DNA of 64,000 nt from NCBI GenBank assembly GCA_002269645.1, contig NIVC01000041.1, positions 372,001-436,000 of the forward strand, given 5' to 3'. The DNA is from Macrostomum lignano. Its lineage: Eukaryota. This document shows positions 1-10,427 of the stretch, piece after piece (within the stretch, counting starts at the first letter, position 1; each line of letters begins with the position of its first letter). A model generated the notes under the pieces. That model saw only the letters and a program-made list of their open reading frames with translations, was not told where the DNA came from and ran no database searches. A program made the position numbers and the translations under genes.

Positions 1-400
1 TAGTAGCAGCAGCAGCTGACGCAACCTCCAACCGTCGAACCAGACCCATGTACCGACACTCGAAGACGCCGCCGCTGACGTCGCCGAAGAATGAAAATCC
101 CAGGACGAACTCGCCCCGATCGGGCCAGTCGCGCCGCTCGCAGGTGGACGCGGAGCACAGCGGATCTGCTGAGCACTGCAAAGTTTTCTGGCAGTTCTCG
201 TAGCAGACCTTGCGGCTGGGCCCACAGTGAAGCCTGATGGGGAGTCTGTCGTCAGGTCCGGCGATGCAGAGAAATCTGAGCAGGCTGTCCGAGTGGTACC
301 TGGCCAACTTTTGTATGCTCAAATATGGCTCATTGGATCTCACAGCAGCGGCCGATACTATCAGAGCTAGCAGCACCGCTAGCAGGGCTCGAATTGACAT
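1..400 (-). CDS. 5' coding segment of a secreted/membrane Cys-rich protein with a possible Ig-like domain (runs off the window start)
   Basis: Manual translation from ATG at 400: MSIRALLAVLLALIVSAAAVRSNEPYLSIQKLARYHSDSLLRFLCIAGPDDRLPIRLHCGPSRKVCYENCQKTLQCSADPLCSASTCERRDWPDRGEFVLGFSFFGDVSGGVFECRYMGLVRRLEVASAAAAT; 133 open codons, hydrophobic signal peptide, 8 Cys, GVFEC resembles the Ig D-x-G-x-Y-x-C strand. Not in the ORF track because no stop lies within the window. Confidence 0.75.
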   Translation of the reverse strand, partial: MSIRALLAVLLALIVSAAAVRSNEPYLSIQKLARYHSDSLLRFLCIAGPDDRLPIRLHCGPSRKVCYENCQKTLQCSADPLCSASTCERRDWPDRGEFVLGFSFFGDVSGGVFECRYMGLVRRLEVASAAAAT

Positions 401-749
401 GTTTCTTAGAAATTGACTAGCTAAATTCTATCAACTAATCGTTGGGTCTGTCACGATCTTTTTGTCAACTTTTTTGATATTATATCAAAGCATATATATG
501 GGTTTTTTGCCTCCGTCTCTGCTTCAAAAACCCCCAAAAGCACCCACCCTTCTCCCGGAGCTGCACAACCAATGAAAATCTGCTTGCAGCGGTTAACAAT
601 TTAGCCAGGCAATTACTTGGTTTGTGCGTGGGGTTTGCTGGATAGAGTGACAGTCTGGGGGAGTGGGGAGTCTCATATCGGAACCTCCTTGTAGACAAGC
701 AGTGCGACTTGATTAGCTCCGCGCGGTTGATGCGGCCTGCCAGCTGGAG

Positions 750-1262
750 GCACCGCAGGCACTCATTTTAGCGCCGCAGGCACTCATTTTAGCTTCTCAG
801 GCACTCATTTTGGCACCGCAAGCACTCATTTTAGCTTCTCAGGCACTCATTTTAGCTTCTCAGGCACTCATTTTAGCGCCGCACGCCCTCATTTTAGCTT
901 CTCAGACACTCATTTTAGCTTCTCAGGCACTCATTTTAGCTTCTCAGGTACTCATTTTAGCTTCTCAGGCACTCATTTTGGCGCCGCAAGCACTCATTTT
1001 AGCTTCTCAGGCACTCATTATTTTGGCTTCTCAGGCACTCATTTTAGCTTCTCAGGCACTCATTTTAGCTTCTCAGGCACTCATTTTAGCTTCTCAGGCA
1101 CTCATTTTAGCTTCTCAGGCACTCATTTTAGCTTCTCAGGCACTCATTTTAGCTTCTCAGGCACTCTTTTTAGCGCCGCAAGCACTCATTTTAGCGCCGC
1201 AGGCACTCATTTTAGCGCCGCACGACCTCATTTTAGCTTCTCAGGCACTCATTTTAGCGCCC
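750..1262. repeat. 21-bp minisatellite (GCACTCATTTTAGCTTCTCAG / ...AGCGCCGCAG), about 24 units
   Basis: Direct reading; the ALILASQ ORF is its translation. Confidence 0.95.
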
Positions 1263-2071
1263 TAAAGCACAGTCCCCTGTGGCAACGGGAGAGGACAGAT
1301 GACCACCTTGACCTCCCCTAGTAATCTCAAATGTCACGGAATCCTCGCCACTCTGTTCCAGCAGTGCTAAAAAGAGTTCTCTTGTCCAGACTCCTAGCTT
1401 CAGGCGTCCTTGACCGGGGCGGTTTTGCCGCTCAATAAAGGGGGGGGGCAATCGGGCAGTGGCCATAAATCATAATCGAGGGCTCAATAGGTGTATTGCA
1501 AGTCTAACAACTAAACAGAACGGCTTAAGCTAAAAGCAGAACCGCACAATTTGTGTTGCAAGTTGCTTCTGCAGGTTCCTACATGCAAACATATGCTGGG
1601 GTTTGGGATTTGGGACAACACAACATGGCGGCTATAAGCCTATAATGTATGTGGCTGAAATGAGCAACAGTGTGCTCATGTGGTCTCAGTGACAATATAC
1701 TCTGTAGCTTCCCACCTATAGTGCGATAGTGACTGCTAAATACACGGAAAAATAAATGTTCAATAAAATAAAAGAGAATTATGAATGCAGATCTAAAAAG
1801 ATATTGATAACATGCAGCAGAGTTTTTTTGCTTTAATTATAGCTCCATGATATATCGCAGCGGTGCAACTTCTGAGAGATTAGCTAAGTAGGAAATCGCA
1901 TTGGTTGCATAGTTAATTAATTAGTTGTCAGGTGCATATAGGCAGGTCCTGTGGGCAGTTATAGCAATGAATAGTAGACAGATGCAAAAAATGTGCACTT
2001 GTCTCGTGTGTGTTAGTCAAACTGATCTGGCATCTGAATATCTATTGAGAAACTGTTATTACTGAGAAATA

Positions 2072-2645
2072 TGTCTATGAGAATCCTGTCTATGAGAATC
2101 CTGTCTATGAGAATCCTGTCTATGAGAATCCTGTCTATGAGAATCCTGTCTATGAGAATCCTATCTATGAGAATCCTGTCTATGAGAATCCTGTATATGA
2201 GAATCCTGTCTATGAGAATCCTGTCTATGAGAATCCTGTCTATGAGAATCCTGTCTATGAGAATCTTATCTATGAGAATCCTGTCTATGAGTATCCTGTC
2301 GCTGTCTATGAGAATCCTGTCTATGAGTATGCTGTCTATGAGAACCCTGTGTTTGAGAATCCTGTCTATGAGAACCCTGTGTTTGAGAATCCTGTCTATG
2401 AGAATCCTGTCTATGAGAATCCTGTCTTTGAGAATCCTGTCTATGAGAATCCTATCTATGAGAATCCTGTCTATGAGTATCCTGTCGCTGTCTATGAGAA
2501 TCCTGTCTATGAGTATGCTGTCTATGAGAACCCTGTGTTTGAGAATCCTGTCTATGAGAACCCTGTATTTGAGAATCCTGTCTATGAGAATCCTGTCTAT
2601 GAGAATCCTGTCTATGAGAATCCTGTCTATGAGAATCCTGTCTCT
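2072..2645. repeat. 15-bp minisatellite (CTGTCTATGAGAATC)
   Basis: Direct reading; yields the MRILS / YENPV repeat ORFs. Confidence 0.95.
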
Positions 2646-3080
2646 AAAGCCTTCAGTTTAGAGAAACTCGCAAAAATTGTCTAGCACATGTGTTTGAAGA
2701 ACAAACCGTAATTAATATGACTCGTGAGTCAGAATTTGAACATTAGAAATGCTTAAATGCCTTGCATCCCTATTATGGGAAGATTCTTATCTATTCCCGC
2801 ATTTGCTCTGTTTCGGGGCGGGTGGCTACAGAGGCCAACAATCCGCTCTTTGTGTGCACAGCGTGCGGCAACACGCAGGAGGTGGAACTAAAAGGCATTG
2901 GGGGTTGTGGGTTAATAAATTAAATGCAATGCAATCTCTCTGCTATTGCCTTGCCGCCCACGTAAGCAAATACGAGTGCTGGCACTGAAGAAAATATACG
3001 AAAAAAATTGATACGAACTACCGAGTTCGGCCTAAAAATGGCTATTTTCTATCTACAGATTTTAATTACGGGAATACAAA

Positions 3081-3370
3081 CTTAGGGACTTTTCCGGGAT
3101 TCGAATCCCAGGACTGCAAGCTTCAGGGACTTTTCCGGGATTCGAATCCCAGGAATGCAAGCTTCATGGACTTTTCCGGGATTTGAATCCCAGGAATGCA
3201 AGCTTCAGGGACTTTTCCGGGATTCGAATCCCAGGAATGCAAGCTTCAGGGACTTTTCCGGGATTTGAATCCCAGGAATGCAAGCTTCAGGGACTTTTCC
3301 GGGATTCGAATCCCAGGACTGCAAGCTTCAGGGACTTTTCCGGGATTCGAATCTCAGGACTGCAAGCTTC
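3081..3370. repeat. 41-bp tandem repeat, 7 units, each with the 14-bp palindrome GGGATTCGAATCCC
   Basis: Unit CTTCAGGGACTTTTCCGGGATTCGAATCCCAGGAATGCAAG; contiguous copies, no spacers. Confidence 0.95.
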
Positions 3371-3907
3371 ACAGAAGCAGATAAATGGGCAGTCTAGTTT
3401 GCAGTCTTTGAATTTCGATATCCCGTAGTAAAATATGAGTCATTCGTGTTCAAAGCTATTTTTAGCTCAGACAGATGAGGGAACGCCTTTATTGTTAAGT
3501 CTTTTCTTTTCTCATAGTTTGCCGCGTCTGCCCTTATCAATTTTCTTAAATTTTATAGTGTTTTAACTTCAACTTCAAAAGACTGTTTGTTGACTGGTGC
3601 ACTGCCAGGCCATTGCTAAAAATAACAACTTCAATTAGTGACGTCAGTGTTGGGTAATTTCCATTGACAGCAAGCCTGGATCTTACGGAATCTGGCAGGA
3701 CTTAAAATTTATTATCAGATTGTTAAATTAAATATATTGAAAAAAGCATGTCCCATACGTTGCAGCCTACTGTTTGCAAGTAAAATGTCTAGCGAATTAA
3801 AATAGTAAGCAGTACGAGCGTAGTCAATTGGTTACGGTTAAATAACACGAGTGAAAAAGTGGAACTTTCATACTAAAAATATCATACTCATTATGGTTCA
3901 GTCGTCC

Positions 3908-4116
3908 CTTCAGACTTCAGACTTCAAGCTTCAGGCTTCAGACTTCAGGCTTCAGACTTCAGGCTTCAGACTTTCAGGCTTCAGACTTCAGGCTTCAGAC
4001 TTCAGGCTTCAGACTTCAGGCTTCAGACTTCAGGCTTCAGACTTCAGGCTTCAGACTTCAGGCTTCAGGCTTCAGATTTCAGACTTCAGGCTTCAGGCGT
4101 CAGGCTTCAGGCGTCA
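3908..4116. repeat. 14-bp (CTTCAGG-CTTCAGA) array, left flank of the Penelope-like element
   Basis: Direct reading; same unit and orientation as 6019-6388. Confidence 0.95.
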
Positions 4117-4157
4117 CGTTTTTCTTTAATAATACCAAATTACAATTTATTAATCTT

Positions 4158-4201
4158 CGCCGCGACATGTTTCGCCGAACAATCGGCATCTTCAGGCAAA
4201 A
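4158..4201 (-). ncRNA. Minimal type I hammerhead ribozyme of the Penelope pLTR type
   Basis: Minus strand TTTTGC-CTGAAGA-T-GCCGA-TTGT-TCGGC-GAAAC-AT-GTC-GCGG: conserved CUGANGA and GAAA boxes, 5-bp stem II, palindromic ACAUGU stem III, GUC cleavage triplet at 4166-4164; same sense as the GIY-YIG ORF. Confidence 0.85.
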
Positions 4202-4284
4202 TATAGATGCAGAGAGATGGTAAATTTTTAAGTCTAGTAAGCCAAAATGATGCAAGTATGGGTAGCAGAGTTAGATGGCCCTAA

Positions 4285-4695
4285 CAACAACAACAACAAC
4301 AAAATACGCTGTCAGGATGGCAAAAGTCAGCGTCATAGGGCGCGCTTCATGGCTTGGGCGCGAACAAAGGCCGCGCCACCGGCAGAGTGTCCGGGGCGCC
4401 GGCGTCAGCCAGCAGACAGTCGACGTAACGCCGAGTTCGCGCTTGACCTCGCCGGTAGGGTGCCTGTAGCGTGAGCAGCAGCACCTCCTGCACCGGCTGT
4501 GAGCAGTACGACTCGGCGCGGATGAGATGGCCTGCGAGCTGGAGTCGCCGGCGGCGCAGCAGATCACTTGGACGTGGCAGGCCAGCGCGGCGATAGAGTG
4601 CCGCGTTGTTGACTCGCTCGACGCCGATGTTGAAGGCGGCGCGCAGCAGGCCAGCGTGCGCCGCATCGACTTGCTGTTCGAGTGAGTCCGTCAGC
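4285..4695 (-). mobile_element. 5'-truncated RTE/RTE-X-like LINE nested in the Penelope 3' region
   Basis: Minus frame 4694-4347: LTDSLEQQVDAAHAGLLRAAFNIG...LYRRAGLPRPSDLLRRRRLQLAGHLIRAESY...RRGQARTRRYVDCLLADAG, resembling the RTE-clade ORF2 C-terminus (RRLRFAGH). (TTG)n tail at about 4285-4301; 8-bp TSD GGCCCTAA at 4277-4284 and 4696-4703. Confidence 0.82.
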
Positions 4696-4724
4696 GGCCC
4701 TAAATAAGAGGCAAGCGCATGGGG

Positions 4725-5021
4725 TCAGAACACCCTTAGATGGACACTCGCCCCTCTACCACCAAGTTGGATGTTCATGGTGAGCTTTAGCTGTTTAATG
4801 TACAACGCCTCAAGAGTAGACAACTTCAAACTCTGGCGGTTACGATCGATAATTTCAAATTTCTCCGCATGTCTAACTTTAGCGCATTGGTTGCACATCA
4901 GGAGGTGGTCGTACACAGCGCTAGCTCTTGTACAATGCTCCTTAACCCTTGTGTGTAGGTGCCTTTCAGTTTTACCTATGTAAAACCGGCGTAGCTCAGC
5001 AAGGTTTTCGGTACACTGCAC
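4725..5021 (-). pseudogene. GIY-YIG endonuclease domain of the Penelope-like element (frameshifted from the upstream thumb segment)
   Basis: YIGKT...RVKEH...SAVYDHL...LEALYIKQLK motifs typical of PLE endonucleases. Confidence 0.88.
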
Positions 5022-5526
5022 TTGAGTCTTTGCACGTATTGCGACACCTTCGTAGTATAAAACACAGGGAAGACCTTAGTGTTCAGGTGGGTATGTATGA
5101 CAGATGGCCGTTATTTTACGGCAAAACCTAAGGCTAGGCAGCCTGATGTATGGCACTTGAATGATATTGGAAGGGGAGTCTCTGTCGTTCTTAACATTTT
5201 CCATGGTGTCAATTTTCTTGTTCATTTTCTTGTTCAAGAATTCCTTAATTTCAGCGTCAATCAGCTGGTCAGGATAGTTGTTAGATCTGAAGATCTCTTT
5301 GATCTGAGTCAGCTCTTTATGCAGCGTAAGCCACGAGCTGCACACCCATAGCACAACAGTCTTTCTGCCAGTAGAGGTGCTCACGATACATGAACAGGCC
5401 ATTGGTACTAAACTTGAGCAGCTTGAAACCCTGGATGCACCGTTCATTTTTAAGCACAGGACGTCCGTCACTAATGTTATCAGAACATTCCACCATGGAA
5501 GATGGACACTCGCCCCTCTACCACCA

Positions 5527-6019
5527 AGTGACGGACATCCTGTGCTTAAAAATGAACGATGCATCCAGGGTTTCCTGCGCAAGCATCTGCTTAAGTCTGA
5601 CCCCACTGAAATTTACAAACGCATTTATCCGAAGGGAAGCCAAGCGGGCCAGCTATACGGAACCTGTAAGGTCCACAAGCCAGACTTTCCTATCCGCCCC
5701 ATAGTTTCTATGGTCGGGACCGCCGAATATCATCTCGCTAAGTACCTGGACTCTGTAATCAAACCTGTCATTCCATCCAAATACATGCTTACTTCTTCTA
5801 ATGACTTTATCAAGGCCACTAAGAACTTTAAATTGACCAATGACCAGACTATGATTATAGCTTTGCCGTCAAATCGCTGTTTACGAACGTTCCCATTGAT
5901 TTTGCGATCAACCTTGCCTGTAGATCCGTTTACTGTGAGGACTCTCCTATACTCGTTCCTTTTAGTGAGGATATTTTCCGTAAGCTGCTCAAGTTTAGTA
6001 CCAATGGCCTGTTCATGTA
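5527..6019 (+). pseudogene. Inverted N-terminal RT segment of the Penelope-like element
   Basis: YGTCKVHKPDFPIRPIVS motif, then after a frameshift SFAVKSLFTNVPIDFAI (equivalent of the PLE SFDVxSLFTNVP motif); opposite strand to the rest of the element. Confidence 0.85.
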
Positions 6020-6388
6020 GACTTCAGGCTTCGGACTTCAGGCTTTAGACTTCAGGCTTCAGAATTCAAGCTTCAGACTTCAGGCTTCAGACTTCAGGCT
6101 TCAGACTTCAGGCTTCAGACTTCAGGCTTCAGACTTCAGGCTTCAGACTTCAGGCTTCAGACTTCAGGCTTCAGACTTCAGGCTTCAGACTTCAGGCTTC
6201 AGACTTCAGGCTTCAGACTTCAGGCTTCAGACTTCAGGCTTCAGACTTCAGGCTTCAGACTTCAGGCTTCAGACTTCAGGCTTCAGACTTCAGGCTTCAG
6301 ACTTCAGGCTTCAGACTTCAGGCTTCAGACTTCAGGCTTCAGACTTCAGGCTTTAGACTTCAGGCTTCAGACTTCAGGCTTTAGACTT
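6019..6388. repeat. 14-bp (CTTCAGG-CTTCAGA) array, right flank of the Penelope-like element
   Basis: Direct reading; about 26 units. Confidence 0.95.
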
Positions 6389-6981
6389 TCTTATTTACCC
6401 TTTAATGTAAAATCTAAGTAAGTATTCAATGGCAAGGACATGAATAGTATGTAATAGGGTAGTATGTAATGGTAGTCCAGTTGAACACTTAAACTATACT
6501 AGGGATAGAATAGCAAATAATATGGGTTTACGAAGTAGGTGTTTAAATTTGTAAATTTCGAAACAGCAACATCTAACATAAAGTTAATGGTATAACAGTA
6601 AAACAAATGTTGATAATGCAACTTACAAAATTGAGTTAAGAGAAATTACCCGACAAAAGTAAAAAGTTATTAGTGAATAATAATTAACAATACATAAAAA
6701 TAGTGAAAAGCATTGAAAAAAGCTGAAACTGTGCAATTTTTTAACGTCGATAAATCTGCATGTTTAAAGATGGTAAGGCATTATGACAAGATAAATGGGT
6801 GTTGTGGAGAGTACAACAGAGAAACGCGACTAAAATTTATTAAAACGACATATTAATTAAATACAACAGTAGCGAGTCACGGCTCACTCACATCCTTTAT
6901 TAGGAACTTTTGTGAAGTCTCAAGACATCCAGACTATAATAATGTCGATTAGTATCAGAGTAATATTTATGGCCTTGGCGT

Positions 6982-7267
6982 TGCTCAGAAGCATGAAGTG
7001 CTCAGAAGCCTGAAGTGCTCAGAAGCCTGAAGTGCTCAGAAGCCTGAAGTGCTCAGAAGCCTGAAGTGCTCAGAAGCCTGAAGTGCTCAGAAGCCTGAAG
7101 TGCTCAGAAGCCTGAAGTGCTCAGAAGCCTGAAGTGCTCAGAAGCCTGAAGTGCTCAGAAGCCTGAAGTGCTCAGAAGCCTGAAGTGCTCAGAAGCCTGA
7201 AGTGCTCAGAAGCCTGAATGAAGTGCTCAGAAGCCTGAATTGCTCAGAAGCCTGAAGTGCTAAGAAG
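6982..7267. repeat. 17-bp minisatellite (GCCTGAAGTGCTCAGAA)
   Basis: Direct reading; its reverse complement contains CTTCAGGCTTC, shared with the 14-bp array. Confidence 0.95.
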
Positions 7268-7322
7268 TCTTGTCGTTCAAAATTCTCATTTTCATCACAC
7301 CTTTCCAACCCTTCCGTTCAGT

Positions 7323-8004
7323 TCAGGCTTCGTCAATCCCGGATGTCGACGATCCAGTGACGCCGACAGTCACCTGCCGGTTGCTGCTCCTCGGGGCAGC
7401 TCCTTCGTTGGCATCCGACAGTGAGGCGTCGGGCTGCTGGCAGGGACGCAAAATTCGGCGAAGAGCCCTTCGATAGGCCGAGTGCGTGCAGAACAGAAAG
7501 ATGGGATTGGCGAGCGAGTTCGACAGAGCCAGGCACATGAAGGCGGTGTACAGGTTCTTGACCAGGATGAAATTCGGCTCAGACAGGCTGTGCAGGATGG
7601 CGTCAATCGTCAGACTATAGAAGTGAATCGGCGCCCAGCAGACCACAAAAACTGCCACCAAACCGATGGACAGGCGGTAGATTCGCTTGGCCCGGTTGAC
7701 GCGCGCGCTGCCAGCTTCGGCAGCTGCGGCGGCAGCGACGGCCTCTTGATGGCTCAGCAAGTCGATCTGTTCGCCTCGGTGTTGCAGAGAGGCGGACAGA
7801 AGCTGGTAGATTCGGCAGTGGGCCACCGTGATCACAACCGCTGGCAGCGCGAACAGCAGGGCCAGAGAGGTCAAAGTGTAGCAGAGGCGGGCGGTCAACT
7901 CGCTGTGCTGGCTGAGCTGCAGGCCCAGCAGGCTCAGGCTCCTGTTCCAGTTCTCTATGCACAGCGAGCAGGACAAATCGGCTTCCGTAGCGTTCGGTCT
8001 GAAG
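7323..8004 (-). CDS. Class A (rhodopsin-like) peptide-type GPCR, exon 2 (ECL2 to TM5-TM7 and C-terminus)
   Basis: Acceptor ctaatcctccctgcccag|C at 8005/8004; phase matches exon 1 (AG|C = Ser); FVVCWAPIH (TM6 CWxP) and SNSLANPIFLF (TM7); TGA at 7325-7323. Confidence 0.9.
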
Positions 8005-8030
8005 CTGGGCAGGGAGGATTAGGCATGGCC

Positions 8031-8339
<309 letters not shown>

Positions 8340-8812
8340 GGTTGCCTGCAGAGCTGCGGAGCAGGTGCAAGCTGCCTGAGTCAGTTATTTGAGAACTCGG
8401 TGCAGGGCTAAAATCGGAGTTCTGTTAATCGGACAGCCAAATTCATGGTTGCTTATCTGATACTTTGCCTACTTTTAAGCTGATGCTTAATTACCTCTCT
8501 TCTCCAGCTGTCTCTGACTAGTCTTGCCAGCTAATAATGCAGTGTCCATAGCGCTCGGTCCGCATTGCCTGAGAGATGATGACTTGCAGGTTGGCGAACT
8601 TATTCATTCAATGTAACGAATGTTTGAATGCTAATAAGGCTTCGGCTGAATACAATATGAACATGCAAGCCTTGAACTTACGAGCCTGACCAAGCATATA
8701 TTGAATGAAACGAATGAACGCAACGAACAAAATCTAAAAAAATGCGTCGCCGCAGGGAGGATGGGCTGCTCTCCGAGAGCTCTGCTTAGCTTCCGCCTGA
8801 CTGAAAATTTGG

Positions 8813-9070
8813 TTCCGCTGACTCCTGAGCACAATGCAAGCGCGCCAATACTGTACGCAGGCACGCATTCATGCACACGCTCATACGGGGTGTACAGCGG
8901 CCCTGACTTTCAAATCGTCAGGCATGTACACTCTCTGTGCCTTGGTGGCTGGCCTTCATGGCTGTGAGTCGTATGACAAGCATCAAATGAATGATGATTT
9001 TGAGCACGGACTCGAACCTGGGGTCGTGGCGTGAGAGTCCGACGCGTTCACCTCAGAGCTGCTGGAACTC
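8813..9070 (-). mobile_element. tRNA-derived SINE-like element in the GPCR intron
   Basis: Minus-strand head GAGTTCCAGCAGCTCTGAGGTGAACGCGTCGGACTCTCACGCCACGACCCCAGGTTCGAGTCC with Pol III B box GGTTCGAGTCC (9018-9008); body 8813-8904 is clearly similar to 40044-40135. Confidence 0.7.
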
Positions 9071-9371
9071 TTAGGGGCAGCTAACATGTAATTTGACATC
9101 GAGTGAATGAATACTTGAGCATGGTTGATTCCTGGTGCAGTTCTGTGACAGTCAGTGCAGAGCGCCTTCTATAATTATAAAGCCTGCTCATGCGTTCATA
9201 CTGACACAGCAGATCCACTCTATTTAATTAAGTTGATTTCTTTCTCATTCCCAAGCTTTTTTCTATTCTTTTTCAGTGCCCCTCGCAACAATATTTGAAC
9301 AGAATCCCTCGATGCTACATCAGCTCATCCCACTCTCCCATGAGCCAGAGCTCAGTCCCAACAGTGCTCAC

Positions 9372-9883
9372 CTTATCGGACAGGGAATCACTGAGAAGTT
9401 GACAGCGCTCGGCAGTCCGCAGGCGCAGGCGAGGCCCCAGATCAGCAGCAGGCAGACGGCCAGGGAGCGTCGGTGTCGCCGCCAGTTCGCCAGACCGCCG
9501 CCGGGGCCCTGAGCCGCTGGGCCGCGCAACTCTGCAGCGGCTCTCAGGCCGAAGCCGTGCTGCAAGCTGATGGCAGTCAGGGTGAACACGGAGACAAAGG
9601 CGGCCGTGACGCAGATATAGTTCACCGCCTTGCAGAGAGTGTCGCCGAGCTGCCAACGGTCCTGCACAGACCTCAGGCCGGTCAGCGGCACCACAAACAC
9701 ACTGATGAAGAGGTCGCACACGGCCAGGTTGATGAGCAGCGGCAGCAGGGGAGTCTGGGCCTCGCGGCGCACAGCGCAGGCCGAGCAGATCAATGCGGAA
9801 TTCGTCAGGGCAGCCACTGCACTGACCAACGCGTAGATGGCCAGCATTGCCCAGTTAAATCCGCGATCGTGAGTTTGTTTCAT
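9372..9883 (-). CDS. Class A GPCR, exon 1 (N-terminus, TM1-TM4)
   Basis: ATG at 9883 (MKQTHDRGFNWAMLAIYALV...); TM2 NLAVCDL, ECL1 WQLGDTLCK, TM3 SVFTLTAISLQHG, TM4 LLIWGLA; donor AAG|GTGAGC at 9372/9371. Spliced CDS 1194 nt, 397 aa. An additional upstream exon cannot be excluded. Confidence 0.88.
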
Positions 9884-10427
9884 AATTTTTAATCCAAACA
9901 AAGAATAATGCTTATTTTCCTTGGGATTTTTCTGCAGAGTTGTAGATTATTCTTTCTGGGCAAGCTGCAGCCGGGATTAATATCTTTTCCTTGTAGCAGC
10001 AAGAGGCAGGCAGAGAAAGCGTGACGCCCTTCAGCCATTGACGGATCTCACAGGGTGAGGGGAGCTGGCAGAGTCAATCCAGTGCGAATTTCCTACGAAA
10101 GGCGTGCAGTGAATTGCGGGTATTTAAAATTCCAATCTGATTGATCTACGAGCTAAGCTCTGCAGCTAAAGCAGAAATCATTTCTTTTTCTTTTACGCGC
10201 GTAATCCCTATTTTGTTGAAGCAGAAAATTGTGTCGATATCTGTTTCAGAAATGCTTCAAATCAGTCGGTAAAATTACATGGTTTCAATTTTTAGCAAAG
10301 TTTTAATGGTCCATAGATGGTTGTTGCTGGTTAATTATGAAAGGTACCCTTCTCTTTGCTTTTAAGTTCCAGCTTTTTGTGATGCGCTTCCTGTGTGGCG
10401 ATTCACAATCAGTAATTTGGCTTAATA

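Larger units (their letters stand above)
4117..6019 (-). mobile_element. Degenerate, rearranged Penelope-like retroelement (RT, thumb, GIY-YIG, pLTR with hammerhead ribozyme)
   Basis: Minus strand: KLLKFSTNGLFMYREHLYWQKDCCAMG (RT motif), ELTQIKEIFRSNNYPDQLID (thumb), YIGKTERHLHTRVKEH...LEALYIKQLK (GIY-YIG, stop at 4725). Plus strand 5527-6019: LYGTCKVHKPDFPIRPIVS...LAKYLDSVIKP (PLE RT N-terminus). Hammerhead motif in the 3' region. Confidence 0.92.

Noticed and set aside
810-2684. ALILASQ, MRILS and YENPV repeat ORFs, and the equivalent ORFs in other minisatellites (30298-31491, 35062-35697, 44415-49649, 51034-51709, 53497-54904)
   Set aside because: Direct translations of short tandem units, mostly inside introns, with no domains or splice support.
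3081-3370. CRISPR-like palindromic repeats (also 33621-34133)
   Set aside because: Units are contiguous with no unique spacers, no cas genes are present, and the context is eukaryotic.
4247-4666. GC-rich ORFs listed in the track at 4247-4666
   Set aside because: Wrong-frame or antisense readings of the nested LINE fragment.
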